A stretch of 24,000 nucleotides of DNA from Nanobdellota archaeon (GTDB lineage: Archaea > Nanobdellota > Nanobdellia > Pacearchaeales > GW2011-AR1): NCBI GenBank assembly GCA_024654565.1, contig JANLHM010000005.1, positions 223,647 to 247,646 of the forward strand, read 5' to 3'. Below the pieces are notes generated by a model. It searched no databases. It saw nothing but the letters and a program-made list of their open reading frames with translations, and had not been told where the DNA came from. Positions 8,204 through 16,072 of this stretch are shown here, piece after piece (positions within the stretch are counted from its first letter, which is position 1; every line of letters begins with the position of its first letter). The translations under genes were made by a program, and so were the position numbers.

Positions 8204-10720
8204 ATGGCATCTAAAAAAGAAGTTGAAGAGATTAAAGAAGCGGTTTTAGATGAAGAAGATAAGTTGTCCAAAAAGAAAAAAAGTGAAAAAATTCTGGGGT
8301 TAGAAGATTTACCTGGAATCGGTCCTGCTGCTGCCACTAAACTTGAAAGTGCGGGAGTTTTTGATTTAATGGGGCTTGCAGTTATGAGTCCTAGTTCATT
8401 GTCTGACGCTGCTGGAATTTCAAGTGCTGTTGCAAGGAAAGCAATACAGGCAGCAAGAAATATGCTTGAACTTGGATTTAGTGATGGAATTGAATTTGCA
8501 AAAAAAAGGTCAAATGTTCTTTATATTACAACTGGAAGTAAAAACTTTGATGAACTTCTGGGTGGGAGAGGGGTTGAATCAAGAGCGATAACGGAGGCAT
8601 TTGGAGCATATGGGTCTGGGAAAACGCAATTAGGATTGTCTTTAGCAGTGAATGTGCAACTTCCTATTGAACAAGGAGGAGCAGGGGGAAAAGCAGTGTA
8701 CATTGACACGGAAGGAACATTTAGGCCTCAGAGAATAAGGCAAATTGCAGAAGGAATTGGGGCTAACCCAGAGATGGTTCTAAAAAACATTCTTGTTGCT
8801 AGAGCTTTTAACTCGGACCACCAAATACTTCTTTTAGAAAAAGTTTCTGAATTAATAAAATCAGGGGAGCCAATAAAAGTTGTTGTAATTGATTCCTTAA
8901 CTGCTCACTTTAGGGCAGAGTTTGCAGGAAGAGGTCAACTTGCAGACAGACAACAAAAACTTAATCGGTATATGCATGAATTGATGAAGTTAGCAGAGAG
9001 TCATAACCTTGTAGTTTATGTAACAAATCAGGTTATGGCAAATCCCGCGCAGATGTTTGGAGACCCAACAACTGCAATTGGTGGAAATATTGTTGGACAT
9101 GCATGTTTAACGGGGGACAGTTTAATTCAATTGAATGACGGGAGAATTAAGGAAATTAGAGATATGAAAAAGGAAAAAGTTTTCTCTGGAGATCTATCAA
9201 CTTTAAAATTTGAGGTTGCAAATTCTGATAAAGTTTTTATTAATCCTAGTGTAAAAGAAGTCCATACAATTCAAACGACAAACGTTATAGAATGTTCTGA
9301 ACTTCATAAATTTTTTAGTGTTAGAGGTTTTTCTTTAATTGAAAAAGAGGCAAAAGATTTGAGAGAAGGAGATTTTATTGCTCATGCAGGGAAAGTTGAA
9401 ATTCATGGGGAAAGTCAAAGACTACCTTTGGTTAACGTCAAAAGGATTGGGAAAATTTCTGAGGAAGAAGGAAAATTGGTTTCAAATGAATTAAAAAAAG
9501 AGAATGTTACAAGAAAAGAAATTTGTGAAAAGGTGGGAATCACTCAGAGGCAATTTAGAAGGGTTCTTAATCAGGCTTACCCTGCAAATATGGAAGTATT
9601 TAACAAACTTGGTGAACACTTCTCTCAAAAGATGCAACTGCAAGTGCTACCATTTTACACTTATAAACACAAAAGTTTGATTATGCCTGAAGTAATGAGT
9701 TCGGAACTCTCTCAAATTTGTGGTTATTTCATTGGAGATGGCAATTTTGAGGAAAGAGGTTTGAGGTTTAGGGATGCAAGAGAAGAAGTTTTGCAAGTAT
9801 ACAAAAATTTATTCAAGAATATTTTTGGCGTCGAAGGGAGTATAAAGAAGATGAAAACCAAAAATTGTTTCACTTTAAACATAAATTCAAAGGAGATAAA
9901 AGATTTATTCACCCTCCTCTTACCGGATATTTTAGACATTATTGCAAAGTCAAAGAAGGATGTTGTTGGAAAATTTATTAAAGGGTTTGTCGATGCAGAA
10001 GGTCACATTGACCAAAGAAGACCGAAAATAAATATCTCTCAAAAAGAAAAACAGATTTTGAAATATTTACAGCTGTTTTTACTCAGATTTGGGATAAGAA
10101 GTTTTATTAGGTTTAATGTCGGAAATAAAAAGATCTCAAACATCTCTATAAGGGATCGTGATGTTAAAGATTACCTTCAGATTGGATTTAGTGCAAATGA
10201 TAAACAGAAAAAATTGGTAAATTGGTCAGAATATTGTCAAAAAACTTATGATAAAGAGATGATGCCTCTTGAAAGAAAAGAAATTTGGAACTTGTTAAAA
10301 GTTGCAGGCATAAAACCTTCTTGCGTTATTAAATCAAGACCTTCAGGTTACAAATGGATTAATAGGAGAGATTTGGAAAAAGCCCATTTCACCCTCATGA
10401 ATACTGAAATTAAAGACAGACAAATTAAACAGAAAGTTGAATTCATTTTTAAATTGCTCAACTCTGACTTGAGGTTTGAGAAAATTCAAAAAATAAAAGT
10501 GGCGGGAAATAAAAATAAGTCTTTACTTTATGACTTCTCTGTCCCAAAAAATGAAAATTATGTGGCGAATGGTTTTGTGGTTCATAACTCAACCTATAGA
10601 CTTTACTTAAGACGGGCAAAACAAGGTTCGAGAGTTGCAAAATTAATTGACAGCCCAAGTTTACCTGATGGAGAGGCAATTTATTACGTCACAAATCACG
10701 GAATAAAAGATAAAGAGTAA
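8204..10720 (+). CDS. radA: DNA repair and recombination protein RadA, interrupted by an in-frame intein
   Basis: Extein halves are archaeal RadA: LPGIGPAAATKLESAG helix-hairpin-helix, AYGSGKTQLGLSL Walker A, KVVVIDSLTAHFRAEFAGRGQLADRQQKLNR, YVTNQVMANP, TAIGGNIVGHA joined to STYRLYLRRAKQGSRVAKLIDSPSLPDGEAIYYVT. Confidence 0.97.
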   Translation: MASKKEVEEIKEAVLDEEDKLSKKKKSEKILGLEDLPGIGPAAATKLESAGVFDLMGLAVMSPSSLSDAAGISSAVARKAIQAARNMLELGFSDGIEFAKKRSNVLYITTGSKNFDELLGGRGVESRAITEAFGAYGSGKTQLGLSLAVNVQLPIEQGGAGGKAVYIDTEGTFRPQRIRQIAEGIGANPEMVLKNILVARAFNSDHQILLLEKVSELIKSGEPIKVVVIDSLTAHFRAEFAGRGQLADRQQKLNRYMHELMKLAESHNLVVYVTNQVMANPAQMFGDPTTAIGGNIVGHACLTGDSLIQLNDGRIKEIRDMKKEKVFSGDLSTLKFEVANSDKVFINPSVKEVHTIQTTNVIECSELHKFFSVRGFSLIEKEAKDLREGDFIAHAGKVEIHGESQRLPLVNVKRIGKISEEEGKLVSNELKKENVTRKEICEKVGITQRQFRRVLNQAYPANMEVFNKLGEHFSQKMQLQVLPFYTYKHKSLIMPEVMSSELSQICGYFIGDGNFEERGLRFRDAREEVLQVYKNLFKNIFGVEGSIKKMKTKNCFTLNINSKEIKDLFTLLLPDILDIIAKSKKDVVGKFIKGFVDAEGHIDQRRPKINISQKEKQILKYLQLFLLRFGIRSFIRFNVGNKKISNISIRDRDVKDYLQIGFSANDKQKKLVNWSEYCQKTYDKEMMPLERKEIWNLLKVAGIKPSCVIKSRPSGYKWINRRDLEKAHFTLMNTEIKDRQIKQKVEFIFKLLNSDLRFEKIQKIKVAGNKNKSLLYDFSVPKNENYVANGFVVHNSTYRLYLRRAKQGSRVAKLIDSPSLPDGEAIYYVTNHGIKDKE
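9104..10588 (+). mobile_element. Intein (495 aa) with LAGLIDADG homing endonuclease domain, inserted in radA
   Basis: Starts with Cys (CLTGDSLIQLNDGRIKEI, block A) and ends YVANGFVVHN followed by Ser+1 (blocks F/G). Two LAGLIDADG-type motifs: LSQICGYFIGDG and FIKGFVDAEG. Removal restores GHA-STYRLYL, and 300+343-300 extein residues plus 495 intein residues account for the 838-aa ORF. Confidence 0.95.
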
Positions 10721-10722
10721 AA

Positions 10723-11001
10723 ATGGAATTGAATCAAAAGAGTTATATTTATCTTGTTGGAAAGTTTTATGATACGAGTTTTGAGTCAGAACCTAACCCT
10801 GAAAGTAATTATGATCTCATTATTTATGACCTTCCTCAAGAAAAGGAATCGCGAGCAATTTCATCCCTTGAAGGAATTTTTGTTACTGAGAAGGAATTTT
10901 TAGGATTTTTTCTGAAAGGTAAAGGAAATCCTGTTTGCAGGAGAAATCAAGTAAAAGAATTTGAAGAGCGGTACTCAGGAAAATTTTATTTTAATCAATA
11001 A
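10723..11001 (+). CDS. Hypothetical protein, 92 aa
   Basis: Complete ORF starting 2 nt after the radA stop codon on the same strand; no recognised family. Confidence 0.55.
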   Translation: MELNQKSYIYLVGKFYDTSFESEPNPESNYDLIIYDLPQEKESRAISSLEGIFVTEKEFLGFFLKGKGNPVCRRNQVKEFEERYSGKFYFNQ

Positions 11002-11012
11002 AGATAATAAAA

Positions 11013-11084
11013 CATCCCCCCGAGGAATTGAACCCCGACCTCTTCGACCGCAACGAAGTGTTCTGTCCGTTGAACTAGGGAGAT
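11013..11084 (-). tRNA. tRNA-Arg (anticodon GCG)
   Basis: Folds as ATCTCCC TA GTTC AACGGACA GAAC A CTTCG TTGCGGT CGAAG AGGT CGGGG TTCAATT CCTCG GGGGGAT G; all four stems pair (with wobbles) and the anticodon loop is TTGCGGT. Confidence 0.93.
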
Positions 11085-11133
11085 AAATTTAGATTTTTTA
11101 TGTAAATCAAGTTTTTTATTTTTATTGAAAATT

Positions 11134-11649
11134 TTATTTTCTCAAAGAAATTAAGTCATGAATGTTTTGGTAAGAATGCAATTCTTCAGGTTTAAACCAA
11201 ACAGGAATTTCAATTTTGGCATCTTCTTCGTTTCCTGAAGCATGCACAAGATTTCTTACCATTATTTCGTTTGCATTTGCGTACTCTTTTGAGATGTGGG
11301 CAAAGTCTCCCCTTATTGTTCCTGCTGGGGACTCTTCAGGGTAAGTCAAACCAACAATTTTTCTTACAATTTTTATTGCTCCTATTCCCTCTAAACAAAT
11401 TGCCATGACTGGTCCTTCCTTTAAATATTGGACAAGTTCTTCCCTTACATTTTTTCCATATTTTATCAAGACGTCTTTGTATTTTATTTCAAGGTCCTCT
11501 CTATAGTGTTTTCTTGCAAAAATTTCATCTGCCCAGACCATTTTTATTCCAACAATTTTTAATCCTACATTTTCAAATCTTTTTATTATTTCTCCTGAAA
11601 GAGATCTTTGCACTCCATCAGGTTTTATTAAAATAAGTGTTCTTTCCAT
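11134..11649 (-). CDS. ndk: Nucleoside diphosphate kinase
   Basis: MERTLILIKPDGVQRSLSGEIIKRFE...SPAGTIRGDF...NLVHASGNEEDAKIEI, with the catalytic His in NLVHASG. Confidence 0.95.
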   Translation of the reverse strand: MERTLILIKPDGVQRSLSGEIIKRFENVGLKIVGIKMVWADEIFARKHYREDLEIKYKDVLIKYGKNVREELVQYLKEGPVMAICLEGIGAIKIVRKIVGLTYPEESPAGTIRGDFAHISKEYANANEIMVRNLVHASGNEEDAKIEIPVWFKPEELHSYQNIHDLISLRK

Positions 11650-11697
11650 CCTTTTGCGAAACAGAATTTATTTAAAAAGATTTGTTTTCTTTTGTAG

Positions 11698-12279
11698 ATG
11701 GTTGAACCAGAGTATATACGTCTTGTTAAGGAAACCGAAATATGCAAAAATTGCACAAATATTGTTGTTGGAAAGGGAAATCTAAATGCAGATATTCTTT
11801 TTGTTGGTGAAGCTCCTGGAAAGAATGAGGACTTGGAGGGGCTACCTTTTGTTGGAATTGCCGGAAAAAATTTGGATAAACTTCTTCAAAATGTGGGATT
11901 GAGTCTAAAAGAGGTTTACATTGCGAATATCTTAAAGTGTAGACCTCCCTTGAACCGAAATCCTTTACCGGATGAGATAAAAGCTCATACTCCTTGGTTA
12001 GTCGAGCAAATAAAAAAGATAAAACCAAAAGTCATTTGTTCACTTGGGAACTATGCCACCAAATTTTTTTTTGCTGAGGGAAAAGTTGAAGATATGGATA
12101 AACAGCCAGGAATCACGACTATTCATGGAAAAGTAAAGATGATGGAATTTCAAGGCCTCAAAATCAAACTTATCCCCTTGTTTCATCCTGCTGCAATTAT
12201 TTACAAAAGAGGTTTGATTCCTCTATGGGAAAAGGATATGGAAGTTGTGAAAAAAGAGATTTTTGAAAGTAATATGTAG
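11698..12279 (+). CDS. Uracil-DNA glycosylase, family 4 (Fe-S type)
   Basis: ADILFVGEAPGKNEDLEGLPFVGIAGKNLDKLL, YIANILKCRPPLNRNP, PLFHPAAII, plus CKNC and further Cys residues (KCRPP, VICSLG) matching the four-cysteine cluster pattern. Confidence 0.92.
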   Translation: MVEPEYIRLVKETEICKNCTNIVVGKGNLNADILFVGEAPGKNEDLEGLPFVGIAGKNLDKLLQNVGLSLKEVYIANILKCRPPLNRNPLPDEIKAHTPWLVEQIKKIKPKVICSLGNYATKFFFAEGKVEDMDKQPGITTIHGKVKMMEFQGLKIKLIPLFHPAAIIYKRGLIPLWEKDMEVVKKEIFESNM

Positions 12280-12296
12280 AAAAAATGATTTTTATT

Positions 12297-14150
12297 TTAA
12301 TCAAACCATACTTTCATAACACCTTTAATTTTTTTTATCCTTTTTATCGCTTCTTTTAATTCTTCTTTTGTGTTTACCAAGACAGTAAAATAACATTCGG
12401 CAAAATTGTTTCCTGATAGCTTTGCATTTGTTTCTTTAACTTTGAAGTTTTTCCTCAAGAGAGTGTTTATTATATCTGCAAGAATTCCTGACCTGTCAGA
12501 AGTTTGAACAAATATTTTGATTGGGTTTGAAAAGACTTCTTTCCATTCCGCTTTAACTTCATTTATTCTTTTTCCACTTATTCTGTTGCAGTCTTTTTTG
12601 TGTATTAATGCCTTTCTGTAAGACTTAACAATTCCAATAATTTCTTCGTCAGGTAGGGGGTTACAGCACCTTGCAAAATTTAAAAGGTGTTTTGGAAAGT
12701 CTTTTATTTCTGCTGGAGATTCTTCCCTTTCATTTAATTCTTTTTTTAGAAAGGAATCCTTTGGAACCGGAATATTCTCAAATTTTTGAACTTCTTTAGA
12801 TATAATCTTTTTTGCATATTTTGTTTTTACAAATTTTAACCAATCTCTTCTTGGTCTTTGGAATTTGTTAGTGATTATCTCAATTGTGTCCCCATTTTTC
12901 AATTCTGTTTTTAATGGGACAAACTTTCCATTAACTTTTGCTCCAATTGAGTGATTTCCCACTTCTGCATGAATTCTATAGGCAAAGTCCAGAGTCGAGG
13001 AACCAGTTGCAAGAGAAATAGATTTCCCTTTTGGGGTGTAACAATAAATTTTATCCTTAAATAAATTTAACTTAATCTCCCCAAAAAAAGAGCTTTTCTT
13101 TTCTTTTAATTTCAAAACTTCTTTTAGCCATGCAGTTTTTTTCTCAAATTTTTCATTACTTTTTATTTTCTTATATGCCCAGTGTGCAGCCCCTCCACCA
13201 TCGGCAATGTAATCCATTTCTTTTGTTCTTATTTGAATTTCAACTGTTTTAGTTCCATATTTTATACAGAAGTGAAGAGATTGATATCCATTTTCTTTTG
13301 GATTTTTGATGTAATCTTTTACCGTTCCATCCACAAGAGGATATGCACCGTTTAAAATTTCAAAAATAAGGTAGCAATCTCCTTCACTGTGAGTGATTAT
13401 CCTTACTCCAAATTGATCTCTTTGTTTGTTAAGGGGAATTTTTCTTTTTGTTATTTTTTCATATATACTGTATATTTGTTTTTCCCTTCCCTTAATTTTT
13501 ACATTTTTAATTTTTGGTTTTATCTTCTTCTCTATTTCCAAAATTATCCTTTTTATGTATCTCTCCCTCTCTCTTCTTGACATTTTTAAGAAATTAGAGA
13601 TCTCAAGATATTTCTTTGGGTTTAATGTTTTAAATGCTTCATCAGCAAGATCTTTTTTTAAATTTTTAAGTCCGAGTTTTTCGGCAAGAAACACTTCCCC
13701 CTCCATAACACTTTTTGCTTCGTCTTTATCTTTTTTGTTTTCTAATTCAACAAGTTTTGAAACTAAATGAAGGATTATTGCTTCAACATTTTCTATTGAT
13801 GAAATTATTGCCTCTTCTGGAAGTTTATCTTTTTCAAGTTTTGAGATTATAAGGATTTCTTCTAACTTTTTTTTGTTTTCTAAAATTGAAAAAATTTCTT
13901 CTCCAAATTCTTTTTTTAAAAAAGGGAAATCTCCTTTTTGAGTATCCAAAAATAAAAGTCCTGAGATAATGAGGTTTTTCTTAAATTTTTTTTTGTGTAA
14001 GTATTCTGATATCCTTATGATTTCTTTAACATTTTTACTTTTTTTCTTTTGAAGAAAATCAAGGGCTTTATTTATTAAATTTTTTTGTTCATTTGCAAAC
14101 TCTTTTTTTTCAAAAAACGACAAGAGACTTTTTTCTTCTTCTTGTTCCAT
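12297..14150 (-). CDS. Long RelA/SpoT homologue (RSH): degenerate HD domain, (p)ppGpp synthetase, TGS, Cys-rich and ACT regions
   Basis: Synthetase motifs KGREKQIYSIYEKI, RDQFGVRII, KDYIKNPKENGYQSLH, VEIQIRTKEMDYIADGGGAAHWAYK; TGS IYCYTPKGKSISLATGSSTLDFAYRIHAEVG; RCCNPLPDEEIIGIV...HKKDC; C-terminal ACT-like VQTSDRSGILADIINTLLRKNFKV. Confidence 0.9.
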   Translation of the reverse strand: MEQEEEKSLLSFFEKKEFANEQKNLINKALDFLQKKKSKNVKEIIRISEYLHKKKFKKNLIISGLLFLDTQKGDFPFLKKEFGEEIFSILENKKKLEEILIISKLEKDKLPEEAIISSIENVEAIILHLVSKLVELENKKDKDEAKSVMEGEVFLAEKLGLKNLKKDLADEAFKTLNPKKYLEISNFLKMSRRERERYIKRIILEIEKKIKPKIKNVKIKGREKQIYSIYEKITKRKIPLNKQRDQFGVRIITHSEGDCYLIFEILNGAYPLVDGTVKDYIKNPKENGYQSLHFCIKYGTKTVEIQIRTKEMDYIADGGGAAHWAYKKIKSNEKFEKKTAWLKEVLKLKEKKSSFFGEIKLNLFKDKIYCYTPKGKSISLATGSSTLDFAYRIHAEVGNHSIGAKVNGKFVPLKTELKNGDTIEIITNKFQRPRRDWLKFVKTKYAKKIISKEVQKFENIPVPKDSFLKKELNEREESPAEIKDFPKHLLNFARCCNPLPDEEIIGIVKSYRKALIHKKDCNRISGKRINEVKAEWKEVFSNPIKIFVQTSDRSGILADIINTLLRKNFKVKETNAKLSGNNFAECYFTVLVNTKEELKEAIKRIKKIKGVMKVWFD

Positions 14151-14165
14151 GATAAAATTAAAATT

Positions 14166-14309
14166 CTAATTTATATATTCTTTTGTTTTTTTGCCTTTTC
14201 CTGAAAAATTCAAGAATTTATAGTGTGCGTCCTTTGTATCAAGATTACACCTTTTACACTTTTCTAAGAAAGTATATTTTTTGCATTTTTCACAAATTTT
14301 GAGTTTCAT
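14166..14309 (-). CDS. Nop10-like H/ACA RNP zinc-ribbon protein, 47 aa (not in the supplied ORF track)
   Basis: My reading of the reverse strand: MKLKICEKCKKYTFLEKCKRCNLDTKDAHYKFLNFSGKGKKTKEYIN*. It matches the Nop10 layout kC..C.kYT...C..C...T..AH..F. It lies close downstream of aIF2alpha, as in many archaea. Confidence 0.7.
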   Translation of the reverse strand: MKLKICEKCKKYTFLEKCKRCNLDTKDAHYKFLNFSGKGKKTKEYIN

Positions 14310-14320
14310 ATGTTTAAAGT

Positions 14321-14713
14321 CTACTCAAGTCCAAGAATAAATTCCCTTAGTCTTGTTGGAAATTTAACGTTGAGTTTCTCTTCAGCTTCAGAGGGTTTTA
14401 TCCACTGCAGTTCCTTTACTTCTTTTCCTCTTTTTTCTTCTCCTTCAGTTGCCTCACAAAGAAAGTATAATTTTAATTTTTCTTTGTCTTCAAGATAATT
14501 TTCTGCATATATTGAACCCAAATTATGGACAATATATCCTGTTTTTTCCTTTGTTATTTTTTTTAACTCATTATCAAGTTCTTCTTCTTGACTCAAAGCC
14601 CCTTCTAGGAAGGAATACACTTTATCTTCTTTGCTTTTTCCAACTAAAATTTTCCTTGTTTTTGGGTCAAAAATTATTCCCACAATCTTGACTTTGAACA
14701 TATTTTTTTCCAT
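14321..14713 (-). CDS. Nudix-fold-like protein with degenerate Nudix box
   Basis: VKIVGIIFDPKTRKILVGKSKED...LEGALSQEEELDNELKKITKEKTGYIV; Gx5E is kept but the REUxEE portion is replaced. Confidence 0.6.
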   Translation of the reverse strand: MEKNMFKVKIVGIIFDPKTRKILVGKSKEDKVYSFLEGALSQEEELDNELKKITKEKTGYIVHNLGSIYAENYLEDKEKLKLYFLCEATEGEEKRGKEVKELQWIKPSEAEEKLNVKFPTRLREFILGLE

Positions 14714-14773
14714 ATTTTTTTAGAGATGTTTGGTATTTAAGGATTTCTAATCTTTTTTGAGTGATTTAAAAAT

Positions 14774-15472
14774 TTAATTATATGAAAATTCTACATTTTC
14801 TTTTTTTGTGGCCAATTCAATACTCTCAATTATCTCTTTCATTTTTTGGGTTGCTTTTTTGATGTCATTCCCGTCAATTTGAAGAGAGTAATTTCCTGCT
14901 GCAAGGTATCTTATATCCTCCCCTTTTTTCATGAGTATCTTTTTTATTAATTTTAATCCATCTGGGTCATTTGAAGTAAGTTTTATCTGTTTTTTTACCT
15001 GGATATTCTTGCTTTTGTGTTTTTTTAAGATCTCTATTATTTTAATTGCATCTTCTTCTCCTGTGAATTTTTTAAGTTCAGAAGAGTTTGATTTTGACAT
15101 TTCGAGAAATTCGGAAAGTTGGTGTTCTTTTTTTATTTTATTGATTATTCCTTCGCTTTTGTCCTTTAAAATAGATTTTAAAATTCCCCCATAACTTTTC
15201 TCTGTTTTACTCTTTTCCAGAATTTCTTTTTTTTCTTTTTCTTTTACTCTTCTAAGTGAAAGTTCTATGTAATCTTTCATGACTCTCAAGACTTTGCATA
15301 CTATCGTTTTTTTTGGGACAACATAATCTCTTAGATTTCTTATTCTTCCAGCAGAAATTTCACTTAAAATTATTGTTCCTTTTTTTTCAGTCCCATCTAT
15401 ATCTACAAAGACAGTTGTTCCAACTATTTTGTCAACGGTGCATATAAGTATATCTCCTTGTTCAATTTCCAT
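14774..15472 (-). CDS. Translation initiation factor aIF2 subunit alpha
   Basis: GDILICTVDKIVGTTVFVDIDGTEKKGTIILSEISAGRIRNLRDYVVPKKTIVCKVLRV...YIELSLRRV (S1 domain); C-terminal KQIKLTSNDPDGLKLIKKIL. Confidence 0.92.
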   Translation of the reverse strand: MEIEQGDILICTVDKIVGTTVFVDIDGTEKKGTIILSEISAGRIRNLRDYVVPKKTIVCKVLRVMKDYIELSLRRVKEKEKKEILEKSKTEKSYGGILKSILKDKSEGIINKIKKEHQLSEFLEMSKSNSSELKKFTGEEDAIKIIEILKKHKSKNIQVKKQIKLTSNDPDGLKLIKKILMKKGEDIRYLAAGNYSLQIDGNDIKKATQKMKEIIESIELATKKENVEFSYN

Positions 15473-15535
15473 ATCTTTTGAAGAAAAAGATAAGTTTTAA
15501 AGCTTATGTTTCTTTTTATCCTAGAGGGGTTTTTA

Positions 15536-16057
15536 ATGAAGAATAAAAAAGGGATAAGTGCAATTGTAGGCTATGTTCTTTTAATAACATTTGGAATAAT
15601 TTTAAGTGTTATTGTTTTTAATTACCTTAGGACGTATGTCCCTACAGACTCCCTTGATTGCCCTGATGGGGTTTCACTTTTCATAAAGAATTATACTTAT
15701 GACTGTTCTTCAGGAGAACTCATTTTGAATATAAAAAATAATGGGAAGTTCAATGTTGAGGGGTATTATGCTCATGGGGTGAACAATCCCTCTGTTGAAC
15801 TTGCAACTGTAGACTTATCGAGAAATTTTGACATGGATCTAAGTGAAGACGGAATTAATTTTACGGGAATCGTTTATTTTAAAAAGCAAGCTGGGTCCAA
15901 TCTAAAAAATAATGAAGAGATAGAACATGGTTTTGTTTTGGATGAGATGATTTATTCTCTTCAGATAATTCCAGTGAGATTTCAATTAGATGGAAATGTC
16001 CAAAGAGTTGTTAGCTGTGGAAATGCTAGACTTGTTCAGGAATTGGTCTGTACCTGA
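15536..16057 (+). CDS. Pilin/archaellin-like exported protein; class III-type signal peptide
   Basis: MKNKKGISAIVGYVLLITFGIILSVIVFNYL: basic leader, G, then a hydrophobic helix, as in archaeal type IV pilin-like proteins. The internal ATG at 15536 is a better start than the track's 15506. Confidence 0.65.
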   Translation: MKNKKGISAIVGYVLLITFGIILSVIVFNYLRTYVPTDSLDCPDGVSLFIKNYTYDCSSGELILNIKNNGKFNVEGYYAHGVNNPSVELATVDLSRNFDMDLSEDGINFTGIVYFKKQAGSNLKNNEEIEHGFVLDEMIYSLQIIPVRFQLDGNVQRVVSCGNARLVQELVCT

Positions 16058-16072
16058 AATCTCTGAAGAAAA

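Noticed and set aside
8204-10720. Possible fusion or frameshift in RadA because of its 838-aa length
   Set aside because: Fully explained by an in-frame intein with clear splice junctions; exteins join into a normal 343-aa RadA.
11726-12028. 100-aa minus-strand ORF
   Set aside because: Antisense to the uracil-DNA glycosylase gene, with no domain features.
13426-13770. 114-aa plus-strand ORF
   Set aside because: Antisense shadow of the RSH coding sequence with F/S/L-rich low-complexity composition.
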